Assembly: GCA_963846575.1 (NCBI GenBank)
Contig: CAWJWJ010000001.1
Coordinates: 832,001-896,000 of the forward strand
From: an uncultured Nitrospiraceae bacterium
GTDB taxonomy: Bacteria > Nitrospirota > Nitrospiria > Nitrospirales > Nitrospiraceae
Direction of reading: 5' to 3'
DNA: 64,000 nucleotides
Positions 30,921-42,470 of the stretch are shown here, one piece after another (the first letter of the stretch is position 1; each line of letters opens with the position of its first letter). The notes below the pieces were generated by a model. That model saw only the letters and a program-made list of their open reading frames with translations, did no database searches and was not told the origin of the DNA. The position numbers and the translations under genes were made by a program.

Positions 30921-32333
30921 TTAGAAGTCGTTAAGCTGACTGGGCGCCAACGGAAGCACAATGGTAAAGGTCGATCCCTTCCCGACCTCGCTTTGAACGT
31001 CGATGTGTCCGTGGTGCGACTCCGCGATCCAGGCGCAGATGGCCAGTCCGAGACCGGTGCCTTTTTTCGTATGGGCCCGCGCGTCGTCTGTTCGAAAGAA
31101 CCGATCGAAAATCTGTCTGTGCGCCTCCTGAGGGATCCCGATGCCATGGTCGCGAACGGAAAGCCGGACCGTCTGGGCTTCCACCTGGAGATCGATCTCC
31201 ACGCGCCCTTGCGGATAGGAGTACTTTACGGCATTGTCGACGATATTCAGAATAAGCTCCCTCAAGCGCAATTCGTCACCGCGGACCGTGGCCGGCTGAA
31301 TTGTGCCGAGCACGACTTCCACTCCACGGCCTTGGTCGAGGAGCCCGGCCTGGCGCTGGATATCCTCCACCAGGACATCCAACCGAACCGGCTCACATTC
31401 CGTTTTGATTTGTCCCAGATCGGCTCGCGACAGAAACAACAATTCCTCGACAATGCGTGACATGCGATCGATTTCTTCGAGATTGCTCTCCAGCACCGCA
31501 ATATAATCTTCTACCGGGCGGGCACGGCGAAGCACGAGTTCGCTTTCGCCCTTCATCACGGTCAGTGGTGTGCGCAGTTCGTGGGAGGCATCGCTGCTAA
31601 ACTGCCTGATTTGCGCAAAGGAGGTTTCCAGGCGCGCAATCATGTCGTTGAAGGTGTCGGTGAGGCGCCCGATTTCGTCCGAGCTCCGTTCAGACGTGAG
31701 GCGTTGCGTGAGGTCACCCGCCGCGATACGTTGCGCAGCGATGGTGATCGAGTCGACCGGCCGAAGCGCACGTCCGGCCAGAAACCACCCTCCCGCCAAC
31801 GAGACCACCAGCGCGATGGGGGCCATGACCACCAGGACCAGGAGGAAGCGCCGCAACGTTTCCTCGACGCCCTCGAGAGTGGTACCGACCTGCACGATGT
31901 AGAGGAGGGATCCGCGATAGATAATGGGAACGGAAACCAGGCGCAGAGGCGGTTCATTGGGGTACCGGGCCGATTCGAACACGGTGCTACCTGTAAAGGC
32001 GGCTTCCAGCGCGTGGCGGCTCAACGGCACGTCATGCTGCCGGATGTTGGGAGAGCGGATGGTAATGGTGCCGGAGGGACTAAAGATCTGGAAGAATTTG
32101 TCGATGCGGGTCAGCTCGGGAAACTGGCTGAGCAGCGCCCCCTCGTCGATGAGGGGGAGAAATCCGCGTGTCTCCAGGGATCGCACGGCAGTCGATGCGG
32201 TTTCTTCCAAAGATTCGTCAACCTGATCACGGAGACCGCGGGCTGTGATGGTGTAGAGAACGACGGAAAATGTCAGGAGGATGAGCGCTAGTGCCGTGCC
32301 GTACCAGAGTGTGAGCCGGACTCGAAGCGGCAT
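30921..32333 (-). CDS. Sensor histidine kinase (CusS/heavy-metal-type architecture)
   Basis: Two TMs, HAMP, ASHELRTPL, DNAVKY, D.GIG, GTGLGL. Confidence 0.93.
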   Translation of the reverse strand: MPLRVRLTLWYGTALALILLTFSVVLYTITARGLRDQVDESLEETASTAVRSLETRGFLPLIDEGALLSQFPELTRIDKFFQIFSPSGTITIRSPNIRQHDVPLSRHALEAAFTGSTVFESARYPNEPPLRLVSVPIIYRGSLLYIVQVGTTLEGVEETLRRFLLVLVVMAPIALVVSLAGGWFLAGRALRPVDSITIAAQRIAAGDLTQRLTSERSSDEIGRLTDTFNDMIARLETSFAQIRQFSSDASHELRTPLTVMKGESELVLRRARPVEDYIAVLESNLEEIDRMSRIVEELLFLSRADLGQIKTECEPVRLDVLVEDIQRQAGLLDQGRGVEVVLGTIQPATVRGDELRLRELILNIVDNAVKYSYPQGRVEIDLQVEAQTVRLSVRDHGIGIPQEAHRQIFDRFFRTDDARAHTKKGTGLGLAICAWIAESHHGHIDVQSEVGKGSTFTIVLPLAPSQLNDF

Positions 32334-33004
32334 CAGTCGACCTTGAGCATGTACCCGCTCCCTCGAACGGTATGGATCAACTTTCGTGCGCGGCCGCGAT
32401 CGATTTTATTGCGGAGGTAATTCACATACACGTCGATGACATTGGTGAAGGTATCGAAATCCTGATTCCACACGTGATCGGAAATCATCGGACGAGTCAA
32501 CACGCGACCGGCATGGCGCATGAAGTACTCCAATAGCGCATATTCTTTCACCGTGAGCTCAATGCGTTGTCCTCCCCGCGTTACCTCCCGCGTGGCCGGA
32601 TTGAGCACGAGATCGTCGATTTGGAAGATCCCGGAAGATTCGGTAGGTCCGCGCCTCAACAGAGCCCGCACACGGGCAAGCAGTTCGTCGATGGCGAATG
32701 GTTTGGTGAGATAATCGTCTGCACCGGCATCGAGGCCTTTGACCCGCTGGTCCACCTTCGACTGCGCGGTGAGGATTAGCACCGGCGTGTGAATTTTTCC
32801 CTTCCGAAGGCGAGTCAACACTTCCAACCCCGGGAGACCGGGCAACATCAAATCGATCATGATGAGGTCGTAACTGCCGCTCAACGCCATGTCGAGGCCT
32901 TGAGCGCCGTCCTCACAGAGGTCGACGGCATAGCTTTCCTCTTCCAAGGCTCGCTTGATGAAGGAGCCTACCTTGGTTTCATCTTCAATGACGAGCACAC
33001 GCAT
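32333..33004 (-). CDS. OmpR-family response regulator
   Basis: MRVLVIEDE, DLMLP, GADDYLTKPF, winged helix TVRGSGY. Confidence 0.94.
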   Translation of the reverse strand: MRVLVIEDETKVGSFIKRALEEESYAVDLCEDGAQGLDMALSGSYDLIMIDLMLPGLPGLEVLTRLRKGKIHTPVLILTAQSKVDQRVKGLDAGADDYLTKPFAIDELLARVRALLRRGPTESSGIFQIDDLVLNPATREVTRGGQRIELTVKEYALLEYFMRHAGRVLTRPMISDHVWNQDFDTFTNVIDVYVNYLRNKIDRGRARKLIHTVRGSGYMLKVD

Positions 33005-33083
33005 AAATAGACTCGTGGGTGAGAGGATTATATCAGAGGTGGCCCTGTCTATGAGAAGCGCAACTTGGCAAGGGAAGAATGGG

Positions 33084-34217
33084 TCACGTGCGGCCGGCAA
33101 GGACATCGGTATGGGAGTGCAGTCGGCAGAGCGAGCGGATGTCTGTCCAGTCTTCCCCCGGGAGGAGCGTGCGGGCCCCGGTGAGCGGGGAACCAGCCAG
33201 GGCGGCCAGTGTGGCCAGCCGCTTCTCCATGTCCGGATGAGTCGCGAGAAACTCCGGCGGGCCGCCATGGCCCTCCGTATCCTGCTGCATGAGTTCATAA
33301 AACGAAATCATGGCGGCGGGATCGAGGCGGGCGGCCTTCATCATGTGAAGCCCTTCGATATCGGCCTCGGTCTCATGAGTCCGGCTGTAGTGCAGTGAGC
33401 TCATGGTTCGGGCACCGTCAACCCCCAAGGCCAGCCCCCCTGACACATCTCCGGACATGATGGTGAGCAGAAAGGTTGCGGCGGTCTGCTCGAGAATGGC
33501 CCGAGTGGCATGGCGTTGATAGACATGTTGAAGCTCGTGCGCCATCACGCCTGCGAGTTGTTCCGGATTAGCGGTGTGCTCCAACAGGCCGCGAAGAATC
33601 ACAACCTGTCCCCCGGGTACGGCGAACGCGTTGATGGCGGGCGCATCCACAACCGCAAGCCTGATGCGATAGGGCGATTCCGGACGTGTTGCGAGGAGGG
33701 GTTGCACCACCTGCTCGAGTTTGCGCAGACGTTCCGGGTCGCGGCATTGGCGTGCCTCCGGCGCCAGATGCCGAGTCACCTGCTGCCCGAGCGTTTCTTC
33801 CCAGGCCGGCGGCACATAGTGTGTGGCCACGGCGGCCATGCCTGGGATACCCCACCGATACAGGCCGGCCATCATGAGCAGGACCCCCAGCGCAGCACAG
33901 AACGTCCAACGCCCGCGACCCCTTCGCCGGGACGGATCATGAAAGTGCTGAACCAGGGTGGGGGCGGCCTGGTGAAGGGCGGTCAACAGGGCTGGTGAGG
34001 TCACGACGACCGCCTCCGCCGGTTCGGGCCCGAACTCCAAACGGACCGGCTCACCGTGATACGTGCCTTGTGTCTGGCGAATCTGATCGTAGGGCCACCG
34101 TTTGAGTGCTCCGTCTGGCCAGCGAAGGTGCAAGGCAGCCGGAGCGATGGTGAGGGTGACAGGGTGACGCGTGGCCGTACGGCCATCGAGATAGTGGGCG
34201 GTCCAGTCAGTGGGCAT
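33084..34217 (-). CDS. M48 family metallopeptidase
   Basis: NAFAVPGG, AHELQH, ETEAD, THP. Confidence 0.9.
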   Translation of the reverse strand: MPTDWTAHYLDGRTATRHPVTLTIAPAALHLRWPDGALKRWPYDQIRQTQGTYHGEPVRLEFGPEPAEAVVVTSPALLTALHQAAPTLVQHFHDPSRRRGRGRWTFCAALGVLLMMAGLYRWGIPGMAAVATHYVPPAWEETLGQQVTRHLAPEARQCRDPERLRKLEQVVQPLLATRPESPYRIRLAVVDAPAINAFAVPGGQVVILRGLLEHTANPEQLAGVMAHELQHVYQRHATRAILEQTAATFLLTIMSGDVSGGLALGVDGARTMSSLHYSRTHETEADIEGLHMMKAARLDPAAMISFYELMQQDTEGHGGPPEFLATHPDMEKRLATLAALAGSPLTGARTLLPGEDWTDIRSLCRLHSHTDVLAGRT

Positions 34218-34220
34218 GGG

Positions 34221-35501
34221 CTAATCCATATCAAAACCGGTGTCAAGCAGGTTGGACAGCCCCTCTCCGGTGACCGATGACACGGTGAGGTCTTGCAGGA
34301 TGTTGTCGAAATTCGCAGCGCCCCGTAAGGACAAGGTACTGGTATAGAACCGGGCGTTCCGGGCTGTTACCCAGGGCCATGCGAAGCCCAAGGTGACGAG
34401 CAGCAGACCGATGTTGCCAAGGTATAGACTCAGGAGCTTTTGCCAGGTGATCCCGGACGAAAAGCAGGCCGAGCCGAAGGTGGTGTGGTCCCAGAAGTAT
34501 TTGTGTTTTTGTCCGAGGAGCCAGATCCAGACCGGTCCTAACACCAAAGGAATCAGGAGCAAAGTCAGGCCGGCATTGGTCAGTTGAAAGGCCAGGGTAA
34601 GGCCGCACAGCAGCAGCACCGCGTAGGTCACAAAGAGTGTGACCGCAAAGGGAACCATGAGACCCGAGCCATGACCCGTGAAGTCGAAGCGTTGGTTCCC
34701 CACATAGGTATGCGAGTATAGGAACGCCTGCCGTCGGGTTTGGAAGTAGGGGTAGTAGGTGCCCAGAGTGAGGACCGTGAAGCACCATCCACGAATATAG
34801 AGCGTCATGAAGTCTTTCGTTCTTCCCCGGAACGAGAAACGGATTCCTCTCCAGGACGTGCGCGTTAGGCGATAGCGTCTCGCGTTGATCATGGCAATGG
34901 GGACATAGAGGGACAGCACCAGACCACCTAGGACCTGGGACAACATGTCGATCCAGGTGGGGAGCGCGAGAAACGTATGGACGGCAACCAGTAGGAAGTA
35001 GGGGATGCCGAACACCAGCATGGCTTTGAGAAATCCCTGATAGAGCTCTTTGCCGGTACCGTGATAGACGAATCGGTCTCCGGCGAAGGCGGTTTGGCTG
35101 AACAGATAACGGCGGATCTTGGCCTTTCCCCAAAAATGATATACGCCCAGCGTCGCCATACTGAAGCAGATATTCACGATCTGCATGCCGAGGAGAGTGC
35201 TGCCGGTTCCGTGGAAGGAGCAGTGCTTCTCGGCAGTGGCGTCTTCCGCCGCCTCGGTTGCGTGTGGGTGAAGATCGGCGAGGGAACGCTCGCATTGAGA
35301 CGTGACCTGGTCGAGGGGGCCGGGGGAGGAGGCGGGTTTGAGGCTCACCACTGCGAATCTCGCGCCGCAGGTCCGGCAGGTGCTGTGTGCCGAAGGTCTG
35401 AGACGGTTTGGCTGGTGCAGGCGGTAACGGGTGAGGCACTGGTGGCAATCTATTGTTAAGGCTTGGCCTGGCGTGTCCAGGGAAGTGCCGATCGTCGTCA
35501 T
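34221..35501 (-). CDS. YjgN/DUF898 membrane protein with N-terminal zinc ribbon
   Basis: CHQC..CRTC; FHGTG, TLGVYHFW, RTSWRGIRFSF. Confidence 0.82.
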   Translation of the reverse strand: MTTIGTSLDTPGQALTIDCHQCLTRYRLHQPNRLRPSAHSTCRTCGARFAVVSLKPASSPGPLDQVTSQCERSLADLHPHATEAAEDATAEKHCSFHGTGSTLLGMQIVNICFSMATLGVYHFWGKAKIRRYLFSQTAFAGDRFVYHGTGKELYQGFLKAMLVFGIPYFLLVAVHTFLALPTWIDMLSQVLGGLVLSLYVPIAMINARRYRLTRTSWRGIRFSFRGRTKDFMTLYIRGWCFTVLTLGTYYPYFQTRRQAFLYSHTYVGNQRFDFTGHGSGLMVPFAVTLFVTYAVLLLCGLTLAFQLTNAGLTLLLIPLVLGPVWIWLLGQKHKYFWDHTTFGSACFSSGITWQKLLSLYLGNIGLLLVTLGFAWPWVTARNARFYTSTLSLRGAANFDNILQDLTVSSVTGEGLSNLLDTGFDMD

Positions 35502-35504
35502 GGT

Positions 35505-36824
35505 TCAACAGGCCTGTTGGAAGCCGGATGCACAGGCTCGCTGGAGGTCCTGCAGGAAGCCCGGGGTGTCTCCCTTGGCTCGCCTGATGACCGAGCGTTC
35601 GAAATGGGCGCGGCCGTTCTGCGGCTGCCGGGCGATATAGTGATCCCACAGGACCAGCGCCTGATCCCACTGTTGACGTTGTCTGTGGATTTGGGCAGCG
35701 GCACCGTAGGCCTCCAGGAACGTCGGATCCAGATTGATCGCGGCATGGAAGGCAACGAGGGCCTCTTCCGAGGCTTCTTTTTGGACGAGGGCGGTGCCGC
35801 GTGCGTGATAGGCCAGTGGATCATCCGGATCCAGGTTCAGCGCTTCGGCGTAGGCAAACAGCGCCCTATCAAGTTGCCCCAGTTTTTGGAAGGTCCTCCC
35901 TTTTTCGCGATGCGCTTTGGCCTGGGAAAAGTCCTTTCCGCCATGTTCACGCAGCAGTTGGATGAGGGCAGGGTCTTCGTCCGCCTGGGCAATCTCCAGC
36001 GCGGTCTGACCGTGGCTTTTCCGGTTTATAGGGATGCCGTGTTCAAGCAGGACATGGACGGCGGCCAGATGGCCCTGGCGCACGGCTCGATGCAACGCCG
36101 AATCGCCGTCGCTGTGGGTCGCTCGGAGATCGGCTCTCTGGGACAAGAGCACGGTTATCGTGTCCGCATGCCCCCCTTCCGCGGCAGCCAGGAGCGCTGT
36201 GTCCCCTTGCCTGGTCTTAGCGTTCGGGTTGGCCCCCTGTTGCAACAGCAAGGCCACGACGGCTGTGTGGCCCCGCCGCGCCGCTTCATGCAGGGCCGTT
36301 CGCCCCTTGCCATTCCGCCGATCGATTTGCCCCGGTTCTGCGAGCAGCAGGGCGGTTGTAGCCAGATCTCCTCGTGCCGCTGCCAGATGAAGCGGAGTCC
36401 ACGCGTTCGTTTTGAGAATGAAAGGGGATAGCATCAATTCATCGATATGGTACGGATCGTGAGTCGTTTTGATTTGGGCGAACATCCAGTAGGCCACCCC
36501 CGAGAGCAGGGCATAGTTGAGCAGGCAGGCCAGGACCGCTACCGCGAGGCCGGCCACGCGTCGGGACAGATCGGGTGAGCCCGCCGCATTATCGGCATGC
36601 GGACCAACAGTCTCTATATCGGCTGGTTTCCCATCAGGATTGAGAATGATCAAGTTCTCAGCACATGCGGGGCAAGAAACCTGCTGCAGGGCAACATCAG
36701 GCACGAGGCGGCAATCGACCGCTGCTTTGCAAAATGGACAGGTGAGAGTCTGCGCCCCTTCCGCAGGCACACCGGACGTATAGGCAGATGCGGGGGATGT
36801 CATGCCTGGGTGAACGGTTGCCAT
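35505..36824 (-). CDS. Zinc-ribbon / TM / ankyrin / TPR protein (start uncertain, up to 36908)
   Basis: CPFC..CPAC, TM helix, TPLHLAA/TALHEAA/SALHRAV repeats, C-terminal TPRs. Confidence 0.82.
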   Translation of the reverse strand: MATVHPGMTSPASAYTSGVPAEGAQTLTCPFCKAAVDCRLVPDVALQQVSCPACAENLIILNPDGKPADIETVGPHADNAAGSPDLSRRVAGLAVAVLACLLNYALLSGVAYWMFAQIKTTHDPYHIDELMLSPFILKTNAWTPLHLAAARGDLATTALLLAEPGQIDRRNGKGRTALHEAARRGHTAVVALLLQQGANPNAKTRQGDTALLAAAEGGHADTITVLLSQRADLRATHSDGDSALHRAVRQGHLAAVHVLLEHGIPINRKSHGQTALEIAQADEDPALIQLLREHGGKDFSQAKAHREKGRTFQKLGQLDRALFAYAEALNLDPDDPLAYHARGTALVQKEASEEALVAFHAAINLDPTFLEAYGAAAQIHRQRQQWDQALVLWDHYIARQPQNGRAHFERSVIRRAKGDTPGFLQDLQRACASGFQQAC

Positions 36825-36962
36825 ACTGCCTGAAGACCCTTCGCCCGGGCGCAATCCGACAATCACGAGGGAAATGTCTCTCACTGACCATTTGAAAGGA
36901 TAGCGCAAAACCGCAGAAGCACAACCGGACGCGGGCGGTCGGCTGCCGCAGGGAGACAGCCG

Positions 36963-38618
36963 TTATGCCGGCGGAAATTTGGTAATGGTGACGGGGCTGT
37001 AAGTAAGCAGTGGGCCATCCGGACGCCGATAGCTGAGGGTATGACGGAGCCAGGCCCCGTCGTTCCGAGTGGGAAAGTCGGCTCGATAATGAGCTCCGCG
37101 GCTTTCCTCACGCCCCAGTGCGCTCACCACGATGGCATGTGCGATCTCCAGCAGGCAGTGGACTTCAAGTGCCTGGATGAGATCGGTGTTAAAAACTTTT
37201 CCTTTGTCCTGTACGCACATCTGTTGCGCGCGAACCTTCAGTGATTCGATGGCGGCCACAGCTTCGGACATCGATTGCCGCGTGCGGAAAATTCCGAGGT
37301 TGAGGCTCATGGTTTTGCCGAGATCATCGCGGATTTGCCAGGCTCGCTCTGGTCCGGTACTCGTCAGGATGTTTGCGATTCGTTGTTCTTCCTGCTGCAG
37401 CATCGTTCCGGGAACGGGTTGGTGAGTACAATGCCGGACGGATTCCGCCGCTCTTGTTCCCGTGCGGCGCCCGAACACGATGGTTTCAAGAAGGGAATTT
37501 CCTCCCAGGCGATTGGCTCCATGCACACTCAGGCAGGCGCATTCGCCTGCAGCGAATAACCCCGGCAAATCGGTTTCCCCCCAGGCATTGGCTTTCACGC
37601 CGCCCATTTGATAATGGGCACCAGGCCGAATGGGAATGGGCGTTTCGATGGGATCCAACCCGGCGAACTGCAGTGACAATTCCCGAATCTGCGGGAGCCG
37701 CTCGAGAATGCGGCTGCGGCCGAGGTGACGAAGGTCCAGGAGGACACACCCATCGACTCCCCGTCCTTCTTGAATTTCTTGGCCGATGGCCAACGATACC
37801 GTGGAACGGGTCGCGAGTTCCATTTGCTCCGGCGCATACCGTTTCATGAATCGCTCACCGAGCGTGTTCAGTAAATACGCGCCCTCTCCTCTCGCGCCTT
37901 CGGTGATCAGGATGCCGGTATCTTTGAGTGTGGTGGGATGGAACTGCACAAATTCCATGTCCTCCAGAGGAAGTCCCGCCTGATACGCCAAGGCCATGCC
38001 GTCGCCGGTATTGATCACGGCATTCGTGCTGGTTGAGAAGACCCTGCCGCACCCCCCCGTGGCGAGGATGACTGCCTTTGCGCGGATGGCCTGCAATCCG
38101 CCATGGACCAGATCCCAGGCGATGACGCCGCAACAACGGCCCGCTTCCACCATCAGTGCCGTGACATACCATTCTTCGTAGACGCGGCAGCGGCGCTTCA
38201 ACAGTTGTTCGTACATGGCATGCAACAGCGCATGTCCCGTGCGGTCCTCGGCATAGCAGGTTCTTGGAAATCCCGCTCCTCCGAACGGCCGTTGAGCAAT
38301 GCGGCCCTCCGGCGTACGGCTGAAGATGACGCCCATGCGTTCAAGTTCTAGAATGTCCTGGGGTGCTTCCCGGCACATGGCTTCGATGGCATCCTGATCA
38401 CCCAGATAAAGGCCTCCCTTGGCCGTATCATAGGCATGGGCTTCCCAGGAATCTTCTTCGCCAATGGCCGCGTTGATGCCTCCCTGGGCGGCCACCGAAT
38501 GACTGCGAACCGGGTGAACTTTTGAGAGGAGGGCGACATCGACGTCGGCCGGGACCGCAATGGCGGCTCGCATGCCGGCGAGTCCCGCTCCGACGATCAG
38601 GATATCATGGGTGATCAT
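36963..38618 (-). CDS. sdhA: Succinate dehydrogenase/fumarate reductase flavoprotein subunit
   Basis: GAGLAG, RSHSVAAQGG FAD-His, QFHPT, EGARGEG, HGANRLGGNSL, ESRGAH. Confidence 0.9.
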   Translation of the reverse strand: MITHDILIVGAGLAGMRAAIAVPADVDVALLSKVHPVRSHSVAAQGGINAAIGEEDSWEAHAYDTAKGGLYLGDQDAIEAMCREAPQDILELERMGVIFSRTPEGRIAQRPFGGAGFPRTCYAEDRTGHALLHAMYEQLLKRRCRVYEEWYVTALMVEAGRCCGVIAWDLVHGGLQAIRAKAVILATGGCGRVFSTSTNAVINTGDGMALAYQAGLPLEDMEFVQFHPTTLKDTGILITEGARGEGAYLLNTLGERFMKRYAPEQMELATRSTVSLAIGQEIQEGRGVDGCVLLDLRHLGRSRILERLPQIRELSLQFAGLDPIETPIPIRPGAHYQMGGVKANAWGETDLPGLFAAGECACLSVHGANRLGGNSLLETIVFGRRTGTRAAESVRHCTHQPVPGTMLQQEEQRIANILTSTGPERAWQIRDDLGKTMSLNLGIFRTRQSMSEAVAAIESLKVRAQQMCVQDKGKVFNTDLIQALEVHCLLEIAHAIVVSALGREESRGAHYRADFPTRNDGAWLRHTLSYRRPDGPLLTYSPVTITKFPPA

Positions 38619-38821
38619 GTGCCATTGTATCGTGTCAGGGGTGCCATGGCGCGGTGAACGGTGATTGAAGTCCGGGCAACGACACTAATACCGCACGAAA
38701 CCACGGAAAACAAGAGAGAGGGATTCAAGTCGGACGCTTGGAAAACTCGCGCCTGCATGATAGGTTACTTGACGCTGCTTTCTATGAACTCGTGTCCCAA
38801 CTTTTAGTAGGATTCACTTCC

Positions 38822-41707
38822 ATGCCACACTCTCACTTTCTTGAGCCTAACGACATGTTTGTGCCTCGTCATATCGGTCCTTCGGAGGCCGACATTCAGG
38901 AGATGCTGGCCGCATTAAGTCTGCCGTCGCTGGAGGCGCTCGTGGAGGCGACCGTTCCAGCTGACATCAGGCTCCAAGGATCCCTCACCCTGCCTTCTTC
39001 TCGCGGCGAGCAGGATGTGCTGGCAGAATTGCGCGGCCTGGCTCAGCAAAATCATGTCTGGCGGTCCCTTATCGGGATGGGTTACTACGATTGCGTCACC
39101 CCGCTGGTGATCCAACGTAATATTCTCGAAAATCCCGGGTGGTATACCCAATACACTCCCTATCAGGCCGAGATTGCGCAGGGTCGTCTCGAAGCGTTGG
39201 TCAATTTTCAGACTATGATTGCCGACCTGAGCGGGCTACCGCTCGCTAACGCATCCCTCCTTGACGAGGCCACCGCGGCGGCGGAGGCGATGACGATGTG
39301 TGCGGCCATGTGCAAAGCGGCGGGACGTGAGCGTAAAAAATTTTTCGTTTCCGAGGATTGTCACCCCCAGACGATGGCTGTGATACAGACCCGCTCGGAA
39401 CCCATGGGCATTGCAGTCCACATCGGGGCGATCAAGTCGGTGGATCTTTCTCAGGGAGAGTTTTTCGGGGCCTTGCTCCAGTATCCGACGACGGACGGCT
39501 ACGTCGGCGATTATAGCGAGTTTGTCGCCCAGGCGCATAACGTCGGTGCCTATGTCGTGGTGGCGACCGATTTGCTGGCGTTGACGATGCTGCGGCCTCC
39601 AGGAGAGTTTGGTGCAGATGTGGCGGTCGGATCGAGTCAGCGGTTCGGTGTCCCGCTGGGGTTTGGCGGGCCGCATGCAGCCTTTCTTGCGACCAAAGAA
39701 GAATTTCGTCGACAAATGCCCGGACGAATCGTGGGCGTGTCAAAAGATGTCACGGGACGCCCGGCCTATCGGCTTGCGCTACAGACCCGAGAACAACATA
39801 TCCGCCGGGAGAAGGCCACGAGTAATATCTGCACCGCGCAGGTGCTGCTCGCGGTGATGGCCGGCATGTACGCCGTGTACCATGGGCCTCAGGGACTGCG
39901 GAAGATTGCGGAACGGATTCACGGCCTCACATTGGTACTGGCTGCGGGACTTCGCCGGCATGGCTGTGAAGTCAGTCTGGAGCCTGTGTTCGATACGTTG
40001 CGAGTCCCGCTTTCGCAGGTGCAATCGGAGGCGATCCTCAATCGGGCGAGACAGCAGAGAATCAATCTCCGGCGTTACGATGACCATAGTCTCGGTCTCT
40101 CTCTGGACGAGTGGAGTACATTAGACGAAGTGCAGCAGGTATTGGCGCTGTTTGGAGGTCATCACATTTCCGGTGAGGAGTTGCAGACTCTCGTGCAATC
40201 CATCGATGGCCGCTATCCTGCGACACTAGCCCGTACGACCCCATACCTCACGCATCCGGTCTTTAACCGGTACCATTCCGAACATGAAATGCTGCGGTAC
40301 ATCCACCGGCTTCAGTCACGGGATCTCTCGCTGGTGCATTCCATGATTCCGCTGGGCTCCTGCACGATGAAATTGAACGCGACAGCCGAAATGCTTCCAG
40401 TGACGTGGCCTGAGTTTGGCCGACTGCACCCCTTCGCGCCAGCCGAGCAGACGCAGGGCTATCAGGCTCTGTTCCAGCAGCTGGAATCCTGGCTGGCGGA
40501 TATGACAGGGTTCGCGGCCGTCTCGCTTCAACCCAACGCCGGCTCGCAGGGCGAGTATGCCGGCCTGATGGTGATCCGGGCCTACCACCGTCATCGGGGA
40601 GAGACCCAACGCGATGTCTGCCTGATTCCCGTTTCGGCACACGGAACGAATCCGGCGAGCGCGTCTATGTGCGGGATGACGGTCATTCCTGTTGCTTGCG
40701 ATCAGCGAGGGAACGTCGATTTAGCCGATCTCGAAGCCAAGGCCACCCAGTACCGCACCCGCCTGGCCGCTCTCATGATCACCTATCCTTCGACGCATGG
40801 CGTGTTCGAGGAAGGGATTCGCCGGATTTGCCAACTCGTGCATACGCATGGAGGGCAGGTTTACATGGACGGTGCCAACATGAATGCCCAAGTCGGACTT
40901 TGCCGACCGGCTGATTTCGGCGCCGACGTGTGCCATTTAAATCTTCACAAGACCTTTTGTATCCCACACGGCGGTGGCGGGCCGGGCATGGGGCCCATCG
41001 GTGTCGCACGACATTTGGCCCCGTTTATGCCGGGCCATCCCATCACCAACCTGGGTGGGGCGCAGTCAATCGGGCCGATCTCAGCCGCTGCTTACGGGAG
41101 CCCCAGCATCTTGACGATTCCATGGGTCTATATCGCACTGATGGGACGGGAGGGATTGACCAAGGCGACTCAAATTGCCATTTTGAACGCCAATTACATG
41201 GCCAAACGATTGGAAAAGTATTACCCGGTCTTGTATAGCGGAAACCGCGGGTTCGTTGCGCACGAGTTCATTCTAGATTTGCGCCCGCTGAAAGAAAGCA
41301 GCGGCGTTGAGGCGATGGATGTGGCGAAGCGTTTGATGGACTATGGATTTCATGCGCCTACGGTTTCGTTTCCCGTGGCAGGGACCTTAATGATCGAGCC
41401 GACCGAAAGCGAAGTAAAGGCAGAGTTGGATCGCTTGTGCGATGCCTTGATTGCGATCCGGGCCGAGATTCAGGACATTGCGGATGGACGGCAGCCACGC
41501 ACGGGTAATCTGTTGAAGAACGCCCCTCATACGGCGCTCGCGGTGACGGCATCCGAATGGGACAAACCCTACTCGCGTGAGCAGGCATCGTTTCCCGCTC
41601 CCTGGGTGCGAGAGAATAAGTTTTGGCCGAGTGTGGCCCGTATTGATGAGGCCTATGGGGACCGCAATCTGTTCTGTACCTGTCCGCCGATGGATGATGC
41701 CCATTGA
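38822..41707 (+). CDS. gcvP: Glycine dehydrogenase (decarboxylating), single-chain P protein
   Basis: [43 protein letters not shown]. Confidence 0.97.
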   Translation: MPHSHFLEPNDMFVPRHIGPSEADIQEMLAALSLPSLEALVEATVPADIRLQGSLTLPSSRGEQDVLAELRGLAQQNHVWRSLIGMGYYDCVTPLVIQRNILENPGWYTQYTPYQAEIAQGRLEALVNFQTMIADLSGLPLANASLLDEATAAAEAMTMCAAMCKAAGRERKKFFVSEDCHPQTMAVIQTRSEPMGIAVHIGAIKSVDLSQGEFFGALLQYPTTDGYVGDYSEFVAQAHNVGAYVVVATDLLALTMLRPPGEFGADVAVGSSQRFGVPLGFGGPHAAFLATKEEFRRQMPGRIVGVSKDVTGRPAYRLALQTREQHIRREKATSNICTAQVLLAVMAGMYAVYHGPQGLRKIAERIHGLTLVLAAGLRRHGCEVSLEPVFDTLRVPLSQVQSEAILNRARQQRINLRRYDDHSLGLSLDEWSTLDEVQQVLALFGGHHISGEELQTLVQSIDGRYPATLARTTPYLTHPVFNRYHSEHEMLRYIHRLQSRDLSLVHSMIPLGSCTMKLNATAEMLPVTWPEFGRLHPFAPAEQTQGYQALFQQLESWLADMTGFAAVSLQPNAGSQGEYAGLMVIRAYHRHRGETQRDVCLIPVSAHGTNPASASMCGMTVIPVACDQRGNVDLADLEAKATQYRTRLAALMITYPSTHGVFEEGIRRICQLVHTHGGQVYMDGANMNAQVGLCRPADFGADVCHLNLHKTFCIPHGGGGPGMGPIGVARHLAPFMPGHPITNLGGAQSIGPISAAAYGSPSILTIPWVYIALMGREGLTKATQIAILNANYMAKRLEKYYPVLYSGNRGFVAHEFILDLRPLKESSGVEAMDVAKRLMDYGFHAPTVSFPVAGTLMIEPTESEVKAELDRLCDALIAIRAEIQDIADGRQPRTGNLLKNAPHTALAVTASEWDKPYSREQASFPAPWVRENKFWPSVARIDEAYGDRNLFCTCPPMDDAH

Positions 41708-42356
41708 TGCCCACGATTCCGGGAATGCTATGGTCGGATCGCCGCCGTCTTGTTGGGCCCTGGTATGGGTTGTCCTTCCGTTAGTCGTCTGCTGTACGCT
41801 GCTCGCTTCCCCTGTATACAGCCCCGTTTGGGCCAGTCTCGAATCGGTCGTGGCTGATGACGGCCGACCAGGCCAACACCCGCTCGACGTCGATCCAGGC
41901 CTGACGTATCGCGCCGGCACCAGGCTGAGGATTCCAGGGACGGACTGGTCTTTCGTCGTGCCGGACCAATGGCAAAGTACTCGTCCTGAAGACTCTGAAA
42001 TGCCATTCCTGCTGGCCCAGGAGGGAAAGGGGCTGGGGATGATTTTCCCCCTTGCGGACGTAACGCGCGAGGCAATCCGCGATCACCTGAGTCAGCCGCT
42101 GTCGCTGCTCCACGGCGTATCCTTTGTTCCCGCGGGCAGTGAAGTCGAAACCGAGACGTCGATTGCCCGCTCCTATCAAGGTGAAGACATGGTTGGTCGC
42201 GCGCTTGCGACTCTCGGTCCGGAGAATGTGTGCGTCATCTATTTCATCATGGGCCCTGCAGGGGAGGCCTCAGAGTATGAGACGGTTCTCGAACGACTGC
42301 GAGCGTCTACCTGGTTTGTCGAACCAATCCGGGAAGAGGGGGTGAGGCTGCGATGA
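41694..42356 (+). CDS. Hypothetical exported protein (start uncertain)
   Basis: Hydrophobic signal-like segment; fills the gap between gcvP and the hydrolase. Confidence 0.5.
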   Translation: MMPIDAHDSGNAMVGSPPSCWALVWVVLPLVVCCTLLASPVYSPVWASLESVVADDGRPGQHPLDVDPGLTYRAGTRLRIPGTDWSFVVPDQWQSTRPEDSEMPFLLAQEGKGLGMIFPLADVTREAIRDHLSQPLSLLHGVSFVPAGSEVETETSIARSYQGEDMVGRALATLGPENVCVIYFIMGPAGEASEYETVLERLRASTWFVEPIREEGVRLR

Positions 42357-42470
42357 GGACAGGTTGCGAGGTGAGAACCGATACATCACCTGCCACGCTG
42401 CGCAATTCTGGTACTCCTCTTTCACATGCATAGGGTATCGCAATAAATCTTCGACCCATCGGCTCTACAC

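Noticed and set aside
29826..31460. 544-aa plus-strand ORF
   Set aside because: Antisense shadow of degP and the histidine kinase; no recognisable motifs
34243..35670. 475-aa alternative-frame ORF
   Set aside because: Pro/Arg/His-rich frame overlapping the motif-bearing DUF898 gene
38620..38821. Glycine riboswitch upstream of gcvP
   Set aside because: No GGAGA...CCGAAG...CTCAGG aptamer pattern found by eye
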